DNA of 62,982 nt, filler included, from Chiloscyllium plagiosum (taxonomy: Eukaryota): assembly GCF_004010195.1 (NCBI RefSeq). It is 4 parts of one record of this genome, joined end to end, with 100 filler letters (N's around TTAATTAATTAA, not from the genome) between each part and the next. Parts side by side here need not be neighbours in the genome. Positions count along the whole stretch, not along the records: positions 1 to 19,677 come from NC_057711.1; positions 19,778 to 28,254 come from NC_057711.1; 2 more parts are not named here. One strand, 5' to 3'. A model generated the notes under the pieces. That model was not told the origin of the DNA and ran no database searches. It saw only the letters and a list, made by a program, of their open reading frames with translations. Below are positions 11,421-24,704 of this stretch, in pieces. The number at the start of each line of letters is the position of its first letter. Positions within the stretch are counted from its first letter, which is position 1. Made by a program: the position numbers and the translations under genes.

Positions 11421-13023
11421 TAAAACAATAGCCCTTTCCAATTTTATACATTTAGACTTCCAAAAAAATTATCTATTGAAACGACATAAAAGCAAAATAC
11501 TGTGGATGCTGGCAATTTGAAATAAAACCAGAGATTGCTGGTTATCCCCAGCAGTTCTGGCAGTATCTGTGGACAGAGAACCAGACCTAATATTTTGAGT
11601 CTGATATGACTCTTCTTCCGAACTGGTAACACTAAGACCTAAATCCTGGTTGAGCCTATTAAACTCAAAGGATAACCCAGAAGGAATAAGTTCCCCTTCC
11701 TTTACTTGTGAACTCAGATAATTAAAGTGTAGTATAGGTCAGATCCAAAACTTTGGAATAAGGGGTGGGAATTTAACTGGAACAACTCAGATCTGTCTCT
11801 CCAGTTTGATTTACTAATTGCTGGAAGTTCACATATTGGTATTTCTATCTCACTCTGAAGAGATTAACACATTTCACCACAGTAGACATTACATGCACAA
11901 CCCTACCAAAAAGGCATTGGGTTGGATGAAACATTTCATTGCCTGAAGTAGAGATTAGTGTGAGTGGCAGACGGAGTACTGGCAAAGTGAGGATGTGTAT
12001 TGGCAGGGAGAGAGCTGGTGGGACACCTAATAGGCAAATTGGTGAGGAGTGATCTGGAGGAGGCAGCAGGGGATGGCAGGTGGAATTGGCATTATGTGCA
12101 CTGCAATTCCTAGCTATATTCAGTCATTAAACTACTTTTGGCACTATTTCTAAAGGGTATTTTAGAGAGGGGCAAATCACATGCCTACTACTCAATTCCT
12201 TATTAATTTCCAGCTACATCTTGTTCTCTGAAGCGAGCCTGATTTTCCTGTCAGTAGAGATCAGGATCTCCCTATGCGCCCTTGCAGATTACAGTATCAA
12301 ATCTTTCGAGATACCTGTGAAGTGAAGCTGGGTCTTGTTTTCCATTGTGCTAGTTACTTTTTCTATTTCTCCACCTTTACAATCCCAATCCATCAACTAT
12401 CATCTTTACAGGTACCCTATTCAAACTGACATGCTGAATCAACATCATATTTGCTTATACTATTTGGTCAAAACGTCTGGATGTCAAATGTAAATATAGT
12501 TCCTGGGTCCAAAAGCCATTGACAAACATGCACAGCCTTTACTTCTCACGCCCCTCTACATGACCCTCGTCCCACTAGCCTGTGTCACCACATTAAAATT
12601 CACTTGATTTGCAGCCTCTGAAACTTGTACAGTTATGGTGCACAAAATCCTGGGGTTAACTGCTGCCTTCACCCACCTACATCAGCCAGCCCCAGGATAG
12701 TGCATTCAATGATATAAGGCCTCATTAGTTGAAGTGTGCATTGTTCCAGGCAGCATTCTGGTCATCCTGGATGCCCCTTCTGATGGGTACAAGATAAGTC
12801 TGAATGGTATGTATCATTTATAGGTATTTTTTTCTGGGCGCACATCTCATTAATTTTCTGTGCTTTTTGTTTACATGGCAAATCACTTGTATTTTCTTTT
12901 AACATTCACTTTTTGTTATTATTTCTTCGGTGTTTTTGTCCTGGACTACATTCCTTGTTTCATTCATTGAACTAAACCAGGCTTCAGGTAGTAACTGGTA
13001 TGTGATCCAATCACACTCATTCA

Positions 13024-14610
13024 AAGTTAAAAATCACACAACACCAGGTTATAGTCCAACAGGTTTACTTGGAAGTACTAGCTTTCAGAGCACTGCTCCT
13101 TCATCAGGTGACTAGTGGTGCAGGATCATATGACACAGAACTTACTGCAAAAGGTCAGTGTCTTGCAATTAAAACAAGATATTGAACAAACCTAGACTGC
13201 TGTTAAGTCTTTCATCTTTTAGAATGGGTTGCAGGTTTCGGTTAATTAATATGTAAATCTCAGAACTTCTTTTAAGTCACATTCTCAAGATAACTTAAGG
13301 TTTTATAAAAAAGAAGTGACACTTCAGGTCAGACAATGCATTAAAGGTTTGAGGTTAAAGTTTGTCTGCATCCCAATTTTGAGTCAGACTGGTTCTATTT
13401 CCAAAGTAGGAATTTATAAAATGTTACATGGATTGACTGCTTGCATTGACTGCCTGCAGGTTGTGTGCTTTCTGAGCAAAAATGCAATGAGAGAAAGTGG
13501 CTGTGCAGAGGCTGATAGCCAATTTGGTACCCATGGAGATGGCCTCAACCAGGATCCTGGGTTCATGTCACGCTACAGATGACCCCACTGCACTGTACAC
13601 TCTCTCACACACACACACTCACTCTCACATGCTTACATACTCGCGCAGACCGTCTCTCATACACACACTCTCTCTCAGACATAAAGAGATACACCCCCAC
13701 ACTCACACCCTCTCACAGGCATATACTCCATCACAGTCACACACACACTACCAAGCATGCACACCTTCTTACGTGCATTCACACTCACTTTCTCTCTCCC
13801 TCATATGCACACACGTACACACACATAAGTCTATCGGGTGAATTTGCATTTGCAGATACATTCTATTTTTGCTCAAAAAAGCACACAATCTGCAGGCAGT
13901 CAATCCATACAACATTTTATAAATTCCTACTTTGGAAACAGAACTAGTCTGACTCAAGATTGGGATATAGAGTTATCTCGAGAATGTGACTTAAGAGTTC
14001 TGCAATTTACATTTTAATATTAATGAAACAAAACCTGCAACCAATTCTAAAAGATGAAAGACTTAACAACAATCTAGGTTTGTTCAATATATTGTTTTAA
14101 TACCATAACACTGTGACCTTTCGCAATAAATTCTGTGTCTTATGATCCAGCCCTCTAGTTACCTGATGAAGGTGCAGTGATTAGATTACTTACAGTATGG
14201 AAACAGGCCCTTCGGCCCAACAAGTCCACACCAACCTTCCGAAAAGCAACCCACCCAGACCCATTCCCCTACATTTACCCCTTCACCTAACACTACGGGC
14301 AATTTAGCATGGCCAATTCACCTAACCTGCACATTTTTGGACTGGGGGAGGAAACTGGAGCACCCGGAGGAAACCCACACAGACACGGGGAGAACGGGCA
14401 AACTCCACACAGACAGTTGCCTGAGACGGGAATTGAACACAAGTCTCTGGCACTGCGAGGCAGCAGTGCTAACCACTGTGCCACCGTGCCACCCACAAAG
14501 CTAGTGCTCCAAAAGCTCGTGCTTCCAAACAAACCCGTTGGATTATAACTTGGTGTTGTGTGATTTTTAACTTTGTCTACCCCATTCCAACACCAGCATC
14601 TCTACATCAT
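13024..14610 (+). mobile_element. Penelope-like element with inverted arms, GIY-YIG C-terminus and CA-rich spacer
   Basis: 13024-13485 is inverted relative to ~13860-14570. QRLIA / FGTHGDGLNQDPGFMSRYR lies at 13497-13582. Flanks acactcattca / acactagttca form a degenerate TSD. A hammerhead core sits on the minus strand at ~13076-13110. Confidence 0.85.
14180..14492 (-). mobile_element. HE1-type V-SINE inserted into the PLE right arm
   Basis: Full SINE (reverse complement) splitting the PLE hammerhead motif: cctgatgaaggtgcagtg | SINE | gtgctccaaaagctcgtg. Confidence 0.9.
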
Positions 14611-15109
14611 ACACTAGTTCAGGCTGCTAGACAAATGGATGAAAGTATTACTTGACTTATCTCTTGGTTATTTCTCCTTTATTTCTGTTGACTCTTCAGA
14701 AGTTTCCTTCTTAAGCTCAAGCACTCACAGGTTTAGGAGGCTCAGTTACGAGTTAGATTCATTCTGCTTTATGCTAAAACGTGTCTGTGAATTCAACTGT
14801 TGCATTAACATAAAATTGACATGATTAATGTTACATCTTTCTCCTTCCTTTTCATTTTCTTTTCATGTTGGCATCAGCCATGCACAATTTCCCAGCTGAT
14901 AAAGTCTACAACTGACCTGCATTTTGATATTTATTGATGCCTATCTCTACCTGAGCACTGGATGATATGACCTGGAGTGACTTGCACTTTGATCTAAACT
15001 TTCTTACTGTAAGGGAGTACCTCGCCTTTGTTCAGGGTCTCTCTTTGATGATAAGACCGTGAATTGACTGGGAATACGATAATTCAAGTAAATTAGATTG
15101 GCCAGTTTT

Positions 15110-17035
15110 GTTCAATGTGTGCAGGAGGGTTTTCTGACACAGTATATAGACAGGCCAACAAGGTGATATGTCATATTAAATTTGGTACTGGGAATGAACC
15201 CGTCCAGGTGTTAGATTTGGAGGTAGGTGAGCACTTTGGCGATGGTGACCACAATTCGGTTATGTTTACAATAGCAATGGAAAGGGATAGGTATATACAG
15301 CAGGGAAAGACGCATAACTGGGGGAAAAGGCAATTATGATGCAATTAGGCATGATTTAGAATGCATAGGATGGATTCGGAAACTGCAGGGGATGGACACA
15401 CTTGAAATGTGAAGTTTATTCAAGGAACACCTACTGTGGGTCCTTGATAAGTATATACCTATCAGACAGGGAGGTAGTTGCAGAGACAGGGAGCCATGGT
15501 TTACTAAAGAAGTTGAAGCTCTTTTCAAGAAGAAGAACAAGGCTTGTGTTAGGATGAGGCGTGAAGGCTCATATAAAGGGCTTGAGAGTTATAGGTTAGC
15601 CAGAAAAGATCGAAAGAGACAGCTAAGATGAGCCAGGAAGGGACATGAGAAGCTGTTGGCCAATAGGATCAAAGAAAATCCTACGGCCTGCTATAGGTAT
15701 ATCAGGTACAAAAGAATAACTGGAGTAAGATTAGGGCCAGTCAAAGATAGTAGTGGGAAGTTGTGTATGGAATCGGAGTACACAGGGGAAGTACTTAAAT
15801 GAATACTTTTCATCAGTATTCACATTGGAAAAGGGAATGTTAGTGAGAACACAGAGATACAGGCTACTAGATTAGACGGGATTGTGGTTGACAAAGAAGA
15901 GGTTTTAGCAATTTTGGAAGATCTGAAAATAAATAAGACCCCGAAGCCAGATTGAACCTATCCTCGGATTCTCTGGGAAGCCAGGGAGGAGATTGAAGAA
16001 CCTTTGGCTTTGATCTTTATGTCATCATTGTTGACAGGGGTAGTGCCAGATGACTGGAGGATAGCAAATGTTGTCCCCTTGTTTAAGAAGGGGAGTCAGG
16101 ACAACCTGGTAATTATAGGCCACTGAGCCTTTTTCGATTGTGGGTAAGGTATTGGAAAAGGTTATAGAGATAGGATTTATAATCATCTGGAAAGGAATAA
16201 TTTGAATAGGGATAGTCAACATGGTTTTGTGAAGGGTTGGTCGTGCCTCACTAACCTTATTGAGTTCTTCGAGTAGGTGACAAAACAGATGGATAAAGGT
16301 AAGGCGGTTGATGTGGTGCATCGGTAGGCTGTTGCACGAAATACTGATTATCGGGATTAGATTAGATTCCCCATTGTGTGTAAACAGGCCCTTCGGCCCA
16401 ACCAGTCCACACCGATCCTCCGAAGAGTAATCCACCCCAATCAATTTTACCAGAGCGGTGAGGAGAGAAGGAGTGGTGAAGCGAGGGCTGCCGGGAAGGG
16501 TGCGTTTTCCCACATTAAAAGGGACTTACCTCGGGAGATGGGCCTCCATTTGCCGACAGGTACAAGGAAGGACTGAAGGACTTCTGGGAAGTCATATTTG
16601 TGTGGTTGCGTTAATCGAAACACTACTCAGGTAGTGTCTCCCACCCATCCTCCTCCTCTAACCAAAAAAAAGGTTCTGTGTGCCAGACTGGTAAGGTAAC
16701 GAGTTTATTTTTTACTCCTTATTTTTTCAATAAGGGAATTTAGAATCGTGGGAATGGAGGTTAGGGCTGTTGAATGCTCCTCCTGCAGAATGTGGGAAGT
16801 AAGGATCACCACTAGTGTTCCTGCTGACTACATCTGCGGGAAGTGAACCCAACTCCAGCTCCTCGAAAACTGCGTTAGGGAACTGGAGCTGGAGCTGGAT
16901 GAACTTCGGTTCATTCAGGAGGCAGAGGGAGTTATTGAGAGGAGTTACAGATTGTGGGAGATATAGCAGTTTGGATCAGTAATTGGCTTGCTGAATGAAG
17001 ACAGAGGGTGGTGGTTGATGGGAAATGTTCATCCT
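15110..17035 (+). mobile_element. CR1 ORF2 middle region, interrupted at ~16345-16950
   Basis: Motifs EHFGDGDHNSV, DWRIANVVPLFKKG and SQHGFVKG. The reading resumes at 16950 (gattgtgggagatatagcagtttggatc). Confidence 0.88.
16450..16949 (+). mobile_element. CR1 5' UTR plus ORF1 start (5'-end-only fragment)
   Basis: ATG at 16754 gives MEVRAVECSSCRMWEV...YICGK*TQLQLLEN.VRELELELDEL, homologous to ORF1 at 50027. Confidence 0.85.
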
Positions 17036-17276
17036 GTCAGCATTAAACTGAGTCTGAGTCTGAAAAGGGGTTCAGGTGCTGGGATTGGGTTGGTGTTGGT
17101 CTACATTTGGATCATGATATTATGAGGGGAGTTTTAATTTCATGACTAATTAGGAATTGGGTAGCTATTTGTAAAAGAGCAGTGGTGACATACAGTTAAC
17201 ATTGAAGTCAGGAGTTCCTCTACTTAATGATAGTCTTCCTGTGTGGGGCTCAGTTTGATTGTTCCCTGTGTGGGAC

Positions 17277-19140
17277 TCATAGAACATGGAATATTACAGC
17301 ACAGTACAGGCCCTTCGGCCCTCAATGTTGCGCCGACCTGTGAAATTAATCTGATGCCCATCTAACCTACACTGTTCCATTGTTATCCATATGTATGTCC
17401 AATGCCCATTTAAATGCCCTTAATGTCAGCGAGTCTACTACTGTTGCAGGCATGCCATCCCACACCCCTACTATTTTCTGAGTAAAGAAGCTACCCCTAA
17501 GATCTGTCCTAAATTTATCAGCCCTCAATTTAAGGATATGTCCCCTTGTGTTAGCCTTCACCATCCACAGAAAAAGGCTCTCACTGTCCATCCTATCTAA
17601 CCCTCTGATTATCTTCTATGTCTCGATTAAGTCACCTCTCAACCTTCTTCTCTCTAATGAAAACTGTCTCAGTTCCTTCAGCCTTTCCTTGTAAGACCTT
17701 CCTTCTACACCAGGTAACATCCTGGTAAATCTCCTCTGAACCCTTTCCAAAGCTTCCACATTCTTCCTATAATGCGGTGACTAGAACTGTACACAATACT
17801 CCAGATGTTGCCTTACCAGTGTTTTGTACAGCTGAAACATGACCTCGTGGCTCCAAAATACAATCCCCCTATCAATAAACGTCAACACACCATAGGCCTT
17901 CTTAACAACTCTATCAACCTGGGTGGCAACTTTCAGGGATGTATGCACCTATACACTGAGATCTCTCTGTTCATCTACATTGCCAAGAATTTTACCATTA
18001 GCCCAGTACTCTGCATTCCTGTTACTTCTTCCAAAGTGAACTACCTCACACTTTTCTGCATTAAACTCCATTTGCCACTTCTCAGCTCAGCTCTGCATCT
18101 TATCTATGTCCTTCTGTAACTCCCAACATCTTTCGGCACTGTCTACAACTCTGCCTACCTTAGTGTCACCCACAAATTTATTAACCCATGCTCCTCCGCC
18201 CACATCCAGATCATTTATAAAAATGACAAACAGCAGTGGCCCCAAAACAGATTCTTGTGGTACCCCACTGATAACTGAGCTCCAGGACGGACCTTTCCCA
18301 TCAACCACTACCCTCTGTCTTCTTTCAGTGAGCCAATTTCTGATCCAAACCACTAAATCACCTTCAAGTGCAAAGATGTGCAGGTCAGGTGAATTGGCCA
18401 TGCTAAATTGCTCATAGTCAACGGGAAATATATAGAACATTACACCGCAGTACAGGCCCTTCGGCCCTCGATGTTGCCCTGACCTGTCATACCATTCTGA
18501 AGCCCATCTAACCTACACAATTCCATGTACGTCCATATGCCTGTCCAATGACGACTTAAATGTACTTAAAGTTGGTGAATCTATTACCGTTGCAGGCAAA
18601 GCATTCCATACCCTTACTACTCTCTGAGTAAAGAAACTACCTCTGACATCTGTCCTATATCTATCACCCCTCAATTTAAAGCTATGCCCCCTCGTTCTCG
18701 CCTTCCCCATACTTGGAAAAAGGCTCTCTTTGTCCACCCTATCTAACCCTCTGATTATCGTATATGTCTCTATTAAGTCACCTCTCAACCTTCTTCTCTC
18801 TATCGAAAACAGCCTCAAGTCTCTCAGCCTTTCCTCGTAAGACCTTCCCTCCATACCAGGCAACATCCTAGTAAATCTCCTCTGCACCCTTTCCAAAGCT
18901 TCCACATCCTTCTTATAATGCGGCCGCACCAGAGTTTTGTACAGCTGTAGCATAACCTCATGGTTCTGGAACGTGATCCCTCTATTAATAAAAGCTAAAA
19001 CACTTTATGGCTTCTTAACAAGCCTGTCAACCTGGGTGGCAACTTTCAAGGATTGTGTACCTGGACAACGAGATCTCTCTGCTCGTCTACACTACCAAGA
19101 ATCTTGCCATTAGCCCAGTACTTTGCATTCTGGTTACTCC
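17277..19140 (-). mobile_element. Two tandem CR1 3' ends (17277-18365 and 18430-19140) with a SINE scrap between
   Basis: SGVPQESVLGPLLFVIFINDLD and ERRRLRGDLIETY, each with a catagaa-type tail. Confidence 0.9.
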
Positions 19141-19149
19141 AACCAACTT

Positions 19150-19430
19150 ATTTACCTTGGACTACATTGACTCATGACCCCCAGCACCTGGATATAAAAG
19201 TTTGCATTTTCATCTCAAAATACTTTCAAGAATATTCTCCTCCCTACCTCTGTCAGCTTCTGTAAAACTAAACACATTGTATTTAACTGCCTCTGGTCTC
19301 CTCTGAATCCTCAAATCTCCTCACTCGATCATACACAGTTCCTGCCCTCCACATCCAACTTGCTTTGATCCTCCTTAAAAGTCATGTTTTCAACAACCTC
19401 TTTTAGATACTCATTTCAACAACTGTTGGG
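19150..19430 (+). mobile_element. L2-like LINE 3' remnant
   Basis: Decayed ctacattgactc...ccctacctctgtcagcttct, similar to 59180-59420. Confidence 0.5.
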
Positions 19431-19451
19431 TCATGGTGTTGAATTATTTTT

Positions 19452-19677
19452 GGGGAGAAAGTGAGGACTGCAGATGCTGGAGATCAGAGCTGAAAATGTG
19501 TTGCTGGAAAAGCGCAGTAGGTCAGGCAGCATCCAGGGAACAGGAGAATCGACGTTTCGGGCATGAGCCCTTCTTCAAGAATGAGGAAAGTGTGTCCAGC
19601 AGGCTAAGATAAAAGGTAGGGAGGAGGGACTTGGGGGAGGGGTGTTGGAAATGCGATAGGTGGAAGGAGGTCAAGGT
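19452..19677 (-). mobile_element. Penelope-like element 3' end (runs into gap)
   Basis: Minus strand ttgaagaagggctcatgcccgaaacgtcgatt (hammerhead-like, core C mutated) followed by gatgctgcctgacc...ccagcatctgcagtcctc. Confidence 0.8.
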
Positions 19678-19777
19678 NNNNNNNNNNNNNNNNNNNNNNN
19701 NNNNNNNNNNNNNNNNNNNNNTTAATTAATTAANNNNNNNNNNNNNNNNNNNNNNNNNNNNNNNNNNNNNNNNNNNN

Positions 19778-20625
19778 AGAGCTGGGCTGAGGAGTGGTAG
19801 ATGGAGTTGAACCCTGCCAAGTGAGGTTGTCCATTTTGGAAGGAAAAATAAGAATGCGGAATACAGGGTTAATGGTAGGGTTCTTAGTAAGGTGGAGGAG
19901 CAGAGGGATCTTGGGGTCTATGTTCATAGATCTTTGAAAGTTGCCACTCAGGTGGATAGAGCTTGTAAGAAGGCCTATGGTGTATTAGCGTTCATTAGCA
20001 GAGGGATTGAATTCAAGAGTCGTGAGGTGATGTTGCAGCTGTATGGGACCTTGGTAAGGCCACATTTGGAGTACTGTGTGCAGTTCTGATCGCCTCATTT
20101 TAGGAAAGATGTGAAAGCTTTGGAGAGGGTGCAGAGGAGATTTACCAGGATGTTGCCTGGAATGGAGAATAGGTTGTACGACGATAGATTCTGGATTAGT
20201 GGAGCTGGAAGAGCATAGCAGTTCAGGCAGCATCATGAGGATAGGTTGAGCGTGCTAGGCCTTTTCTCATTGGAACAGAGAAGGATGAGGTGTGACTTGA
20301 TAGAGGTTTATAAGATGATCAGGGGAATAGATAGAGTAGACAGAGACTTCTTCCCCGGGTACAACAGAGTGTTACAAGGAGACATAAATTTAAGGTGAAG
20401 GGTGGAAGGTATAGGGGGGATGTCAGGGGTAGGTTCTTTACCCAGAGAGCAGTGGGGGCATGGAAAGCACTGCCTGTGGGAGTGGCAGAGTCAGAATCAT
20501 TGGTGACCTTTAAGCAATTGGATAGGCACATGGATAGGTGCTTAAGCTAGGACAAATGTTCGGCACAACATTGTGAGCAGAAGGGCCTGTTCTGTGCTGT
20601 ATTGTTCTATGTTCTATGTTGTTCT
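19778..20625 (+). mobile_element. CR1 LINE 3' end with 47-bp PLE insert
   Basis: EQRDLGVYVHRSLKV...LEYCVQF and a (ttctatg)n tail. A PLE scrap lies at 20188-20234. Confidence 0.92.
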
Positions 20626-20924
20626 AAGTTAAACTCAAAGCTTGACTGATTTCAAGAGTAATCTGAATCTCAGGACCTTGCTATAGCCTTGAACACACTT
20701 TGGCAATGTATTGGAAACACTAAAATTTGCTGTTACTGCCTTCACCCAAAAGAATAAAAATAGACCTTCACAGCAGAACAGCCATTGGGCTATTTGGCAC
20801 AAAATGAAAGGAAGTTGTTACAGCAGGCAATCTCCACCTCACACCTGGTCACAGAAGGTACAAAACGGTAATTCCCGTATAGAACATTGGCAGGCCTCAT
20901 CCTTCTCACCCATGAAGAAAGAGA

Positions 20925-21770
20925 GTTGTAGAATTTTTATAACAAGGAAAAAGGCCCTTTGCCCATTCTGTCTATGCTGGTCTATCTACTGCCTGCTTTG
21001 GACTGTTGGACCCTTCAGTCCAACTCGTCCATGCCTGTCAAGTTTCCCAAACTAAACTCGTCCCATTTGCCTGCATTTGGTACAAAGCCCTCAAAACCTT
21101 TCCTCTTCTTGTACCTGTCCAAATGTATATTAAATGTTGCAACTGTACCTGCATATACCAGTCCTGAAGGGTTACACCTGAAACATCGGCTTCTCCACCT
21201 CCTGATGCTGCCTGGCTTGCTGTGTTCTTCCATCCTCCTGCCTGTCTACTTTGGATTCCAGTCTATTAATCCCATTTTCCAATACTTGGCCCCTGTACTC
21301 ATCTAAATATGTCTTGAAATTTTTTGATGGATGCCATTTCTACCACTCTTTTGGACAATGAGTTCCAGATACACCCAAACCTCTGAGTGAAACTCTTTTG
21401 TAAAATCCCCTCCAACCCTGTGAAGTGTTCCCCCCCGCCCCGCCTCCCAGGTTAGTCACCCCTCATGGGAAGGTGCTTCTCTTTATCTACTCTCTCTACT
21501 CATCAGAACTTTATACAACTCAAACAGATCCCCCCTCAGTCTTCTCTGTTCGAAGGAAAATCCCTGCCCCTCTCATCACTCTTCAATGCTGAATGACTCC
21601 AACCCAGGCAACATCCTGGTGAATCTCCTCTGCAGCCTGTCCAATGCAATCACATCCTTCCTGTAATGTGACAGACACGATTGCACATAATCGTCCAGCT
21701 ATGGCCTAAGGGATATTACACACTGCTCCATCATTACCATCTTGCCCTTGTATTCAAAGTTTGACTGATA
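20925..21770 (-). mobile_element. Nested CR1 3' fragments with a PLE-end scrap (~21160-21260)
   Basis: Reverse CR1 tail and ORF2-end similarity. cctgaagggttacacctgaaacatcg...gatgctgcctgg is PLE-like. Confidence 0.7.
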
Positions 21771-21774
21771 AAAG

Positions 21775-22125
21775 AGTGGCATGGTGGCTCAGTGGTTAAC
21801 ATTGCTGCCTCACAGCGCCAAGGGACCTTGGATTGATTTCAGACTCAGGAGAGAGTCTCTGTGTTGAGTTTGCACATTCTTCTCATGTCTATGTGGGTTT
21901 CCTCCAGGGGCTCTCATTTCCTCCCACAGTCCAAAAATATGCAGATTAGGGTGAATTGGCCATGCTACATTGCCCAGTGTTCAGGGAGGTGTGGGTTAGG
22001 TGCATTAGTTAGGGGTAAATGTAAAGTAATAGGGTTGGGGAATGGGTTTGCGTGGGTTATTCTTCAGAGGTTCAGTGTGGACTTGTTGGGTCAAGTGGCC
22101 TGTTAACAATATTGTAGGGATTCAA
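21775..22125 (+). mobile_element. HE1-type V-SINE
   Basis: A-box-like tggctcagtgg, V-domain gggtttcctcc and CR1-type tail. Confidence 0.85.
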
Positions 22126-22486
22126 TGAAAAGGCAAGTATCCTTATGTCACCTTTAAAAGTTAAAAATCACACAAAACACCAGGTTAAAGTCCAACAGGT
22201 TTATTTGGAAGCACGAGCTTTTGGAGCGCTGCTCCTTTATCAGATAGTTGTGCCACATTATTTAATCATTTAGCTGTTCACTGAAATCATGTGGCTTAAT
22301 AAAGTAATGGATATTATTTAGTGTTCACAAAATGTTACTCTATTGTTTAACTACAGCTTTTCTAACAAGTTATAATTTTATCAGATTATAGTTGAATGGG
22401 GAAAGTAACAATTGGGAGCATCCAAAGGTGTACTGTTACTAGTTCAGTGCTATTCTGTTGACACTTACTTTCTGTGCATATTGTAA

Positions 22487-24250
22487 TAGAGTCATGGAGT
22501 CAGAGATGTACAGCATGGAAACAGACCCTTCGGTCCATGCCGACCAGATATCTCAACCCAATCTAGTCCCACCTGCCAGCACCCAACCCATATCCCTCCA
22601 AACCCTTCCTATTCATATACCCATCCAAATGCCTCTTAAATGTTGCAATTGTACAAGCCTCCACCACATCCTCTGGCAGCTCATTCCATACACGTACCAC
22701 CCTCTGTGTGAAAAAGTCGCCCCTTAGGTCTCTTTTATATCTTTCCCCTCTCACCCGAAACCTATGCCCGCTAGTTCTGGACTCCCCGACCCCAGGGAAA
22801 AGACTTTGCCTACTTATCCTATCCATGCCCCTCGTAATTTTGTAAACCTCCATAAGGTCACCCCTCAGCCTCCGACGCTCCAGGGAAAACAGCCCCAGCC
22901 TGTTCAACCTCTCCCTGTAGCTCAGATCCTCCAACCCTGGCAACATCCTTGTAAATCTTTTCTGAACNNNNNNNNNNNNNNNNNNNNNNNNNNNNNNNNN
23001 NNNNNNNNNNNNNNNNNNNNNNNNNNNNNNNNNNNNNNNNNNNNNNNNNNNNNNNNNNNNNNNNNNNNNNNNNNNNNNNNNNNNNNNNNNNNNNNNNNNN
23101 NNNNNNNNNNNNNNNNNNNNNNNNNNNNNNNNNNNNNNNNNNNNNNNNNNNNNNNNNNNNNNNNNNNNNNNNNNNNNNNNNNNNNNNNNNNNNNNNNNNN
23201 NNNNNNNNNNNNNNNNNNNNNNNNNNNNNNNNNNNNNNNNNNNNNNNNNNNNNNNNNNNNNNNNNNNNNNNNNNNNNNNNNNNNNNNNNNNNNNNNNNNN
23301 NNNNNNNNNNNNNNNNNNNNNNNNNNNNNNNNNNNNNNNNNNNNNNNNNNNNNNNNNNNNNNNNNNNNNNNNNNNNNNNNNNNNNNNNNNNNNNNNNNNN
23401 NNNNNNNNNNNNNNNNNNNNNNNNNNNNNNNNNNNNNNNNNNNNNNNNNNNNNNNNNNNNNNNNNNNNNNNNNNNNNNNNNNNNNNNNNNNNNNNNNNNN
23501 NNNNNNNNNNNNNNNNNNNNNNNNNNNNNNNNNNNNNNNNNNNNNNNNNNNNNNNNNNNNNNNNNNNNNNNNNNNNNNNNNNNNNNNNNNNNNNNNNNNN
23601 NNNNNNNNNNNNNNNNNNNNNNNNNNNNNNNNNNNNNNNNNNNNNNNNNNNNNNNNNNNNNNNNNNNNNNNNNNNNNNNNNNNNNNNNNNNNNNNNNNNN
23701 NNNNNNNNNNNNNNNNNNNNNNNNNNNNNNNNNNNNNNNNNNNNNNNNNNNNNNNNNNNNNNNNNNNNNNNNNNNNNNNNNNNNNNNNNNNNNNNNNNNN
23801 NNNNNNNNNNNNNNNNNNNNNNNNNNNNNNNNNNNNNNNNNNNNNNNNNNNNNNNNNNNNNNNNNNNNNNNNNNNNNNNNNNNNNNNNNNNNNNNNNNNN
23901 NNNNNNNNNNNNNNNNNNNNNNNNNNNNNNNNNNNNNNNNNNNNNNNNNNNNNNNAAAGGCCGCCTTGCTGATCTTTGGGGGGCCCTATTCTTTCCCTAG
24001 TTACCCTTTTGTCCTTAATATATTTGTAAAACCCCTTTGGATTCTCCTGAATTCTATTTGCCAACGCTATCTCATGTCCCTATTTTGCCCTCCTGATTTC
24101 CCTCTGAAGTATACTTCTACTTCCTTTATACTCTAAGGATTCACTCGATCTATCCTGTCTGTACCTGACATATGCTTCCTTCTTTTTCTTAACCAAACCC
24201 TCAATTTCTTTAGTCATCCAGCATTCCCTATAGCTCCCAGCCTTCTCTTT
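22487..24250 (-). mobile_element. CR1 LINE spanning an N-gap
   Basis: Intact C-terminal ORF 22563-22946, and ANRIQENPKGFYKYIK beyond the gap. Confidence 0.92.
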
Positions 24251-24704
24251 GCTGCCTCAGCCCTCACAACCCTAAGTGATTGTCCTCTGACCACTGTTTG
24301 AGGACACAAGTTTTAAGGAGCATTTTAAATAGAAGAAAGAATTTTAAATGAAGAAAGAAAAGGAGGTGGGGATGCATAGAAGTTCAGTTTGAGTCTTCCA
24401 GAGTTTAGAGTTTTTGAGATTGAGGGCAGTACAATCTTGGAAGAGCAGTTAAACAGGAGACTGCACTGGAAGCAAGAATGAGAGAAGCAGAGACATCTGA
24501 GGGCTGGCAAAGGTTCCAGGGGGAGGGAGGGATGAAGCGAGGAGGGACTTAGGAGGAAAGTGGCCAGATGGTCTTGAAGGGGCAAGGAGAGTCCGCAAAG
24601 AAGTGACAGATGGATTGTGTGTGGAAAAGTGTGAGGTTTTGGACTTTGGTACAAAGAAAATAGTATGGGAAAGGTTTTGGAAATCTGAAGCACAAAGGGT
24701 TTGG

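Noticed and set aside
13590..13830. CA/CT-rich low-complexity tract giving His/Thr-rich ORFs
   Set aside because: It is a degenerate microsatellite within a PLE 3' region and is not coding.
19722..19733. TTAATTAATTAA motif centred in N-runs (also 28299-28310 and 51471-51482)
   Set aside because: An identical 12-mer in the middle of 100-base gaps, with stops in all six frames, is a scaffolding linker rather than biology.
22764..24064. Long ORFs of 380-402 aa (also those at 4935-5618)
   Set aside because: They are mostly X residues translated through N-gaps, with CR1 sequence at the edges.
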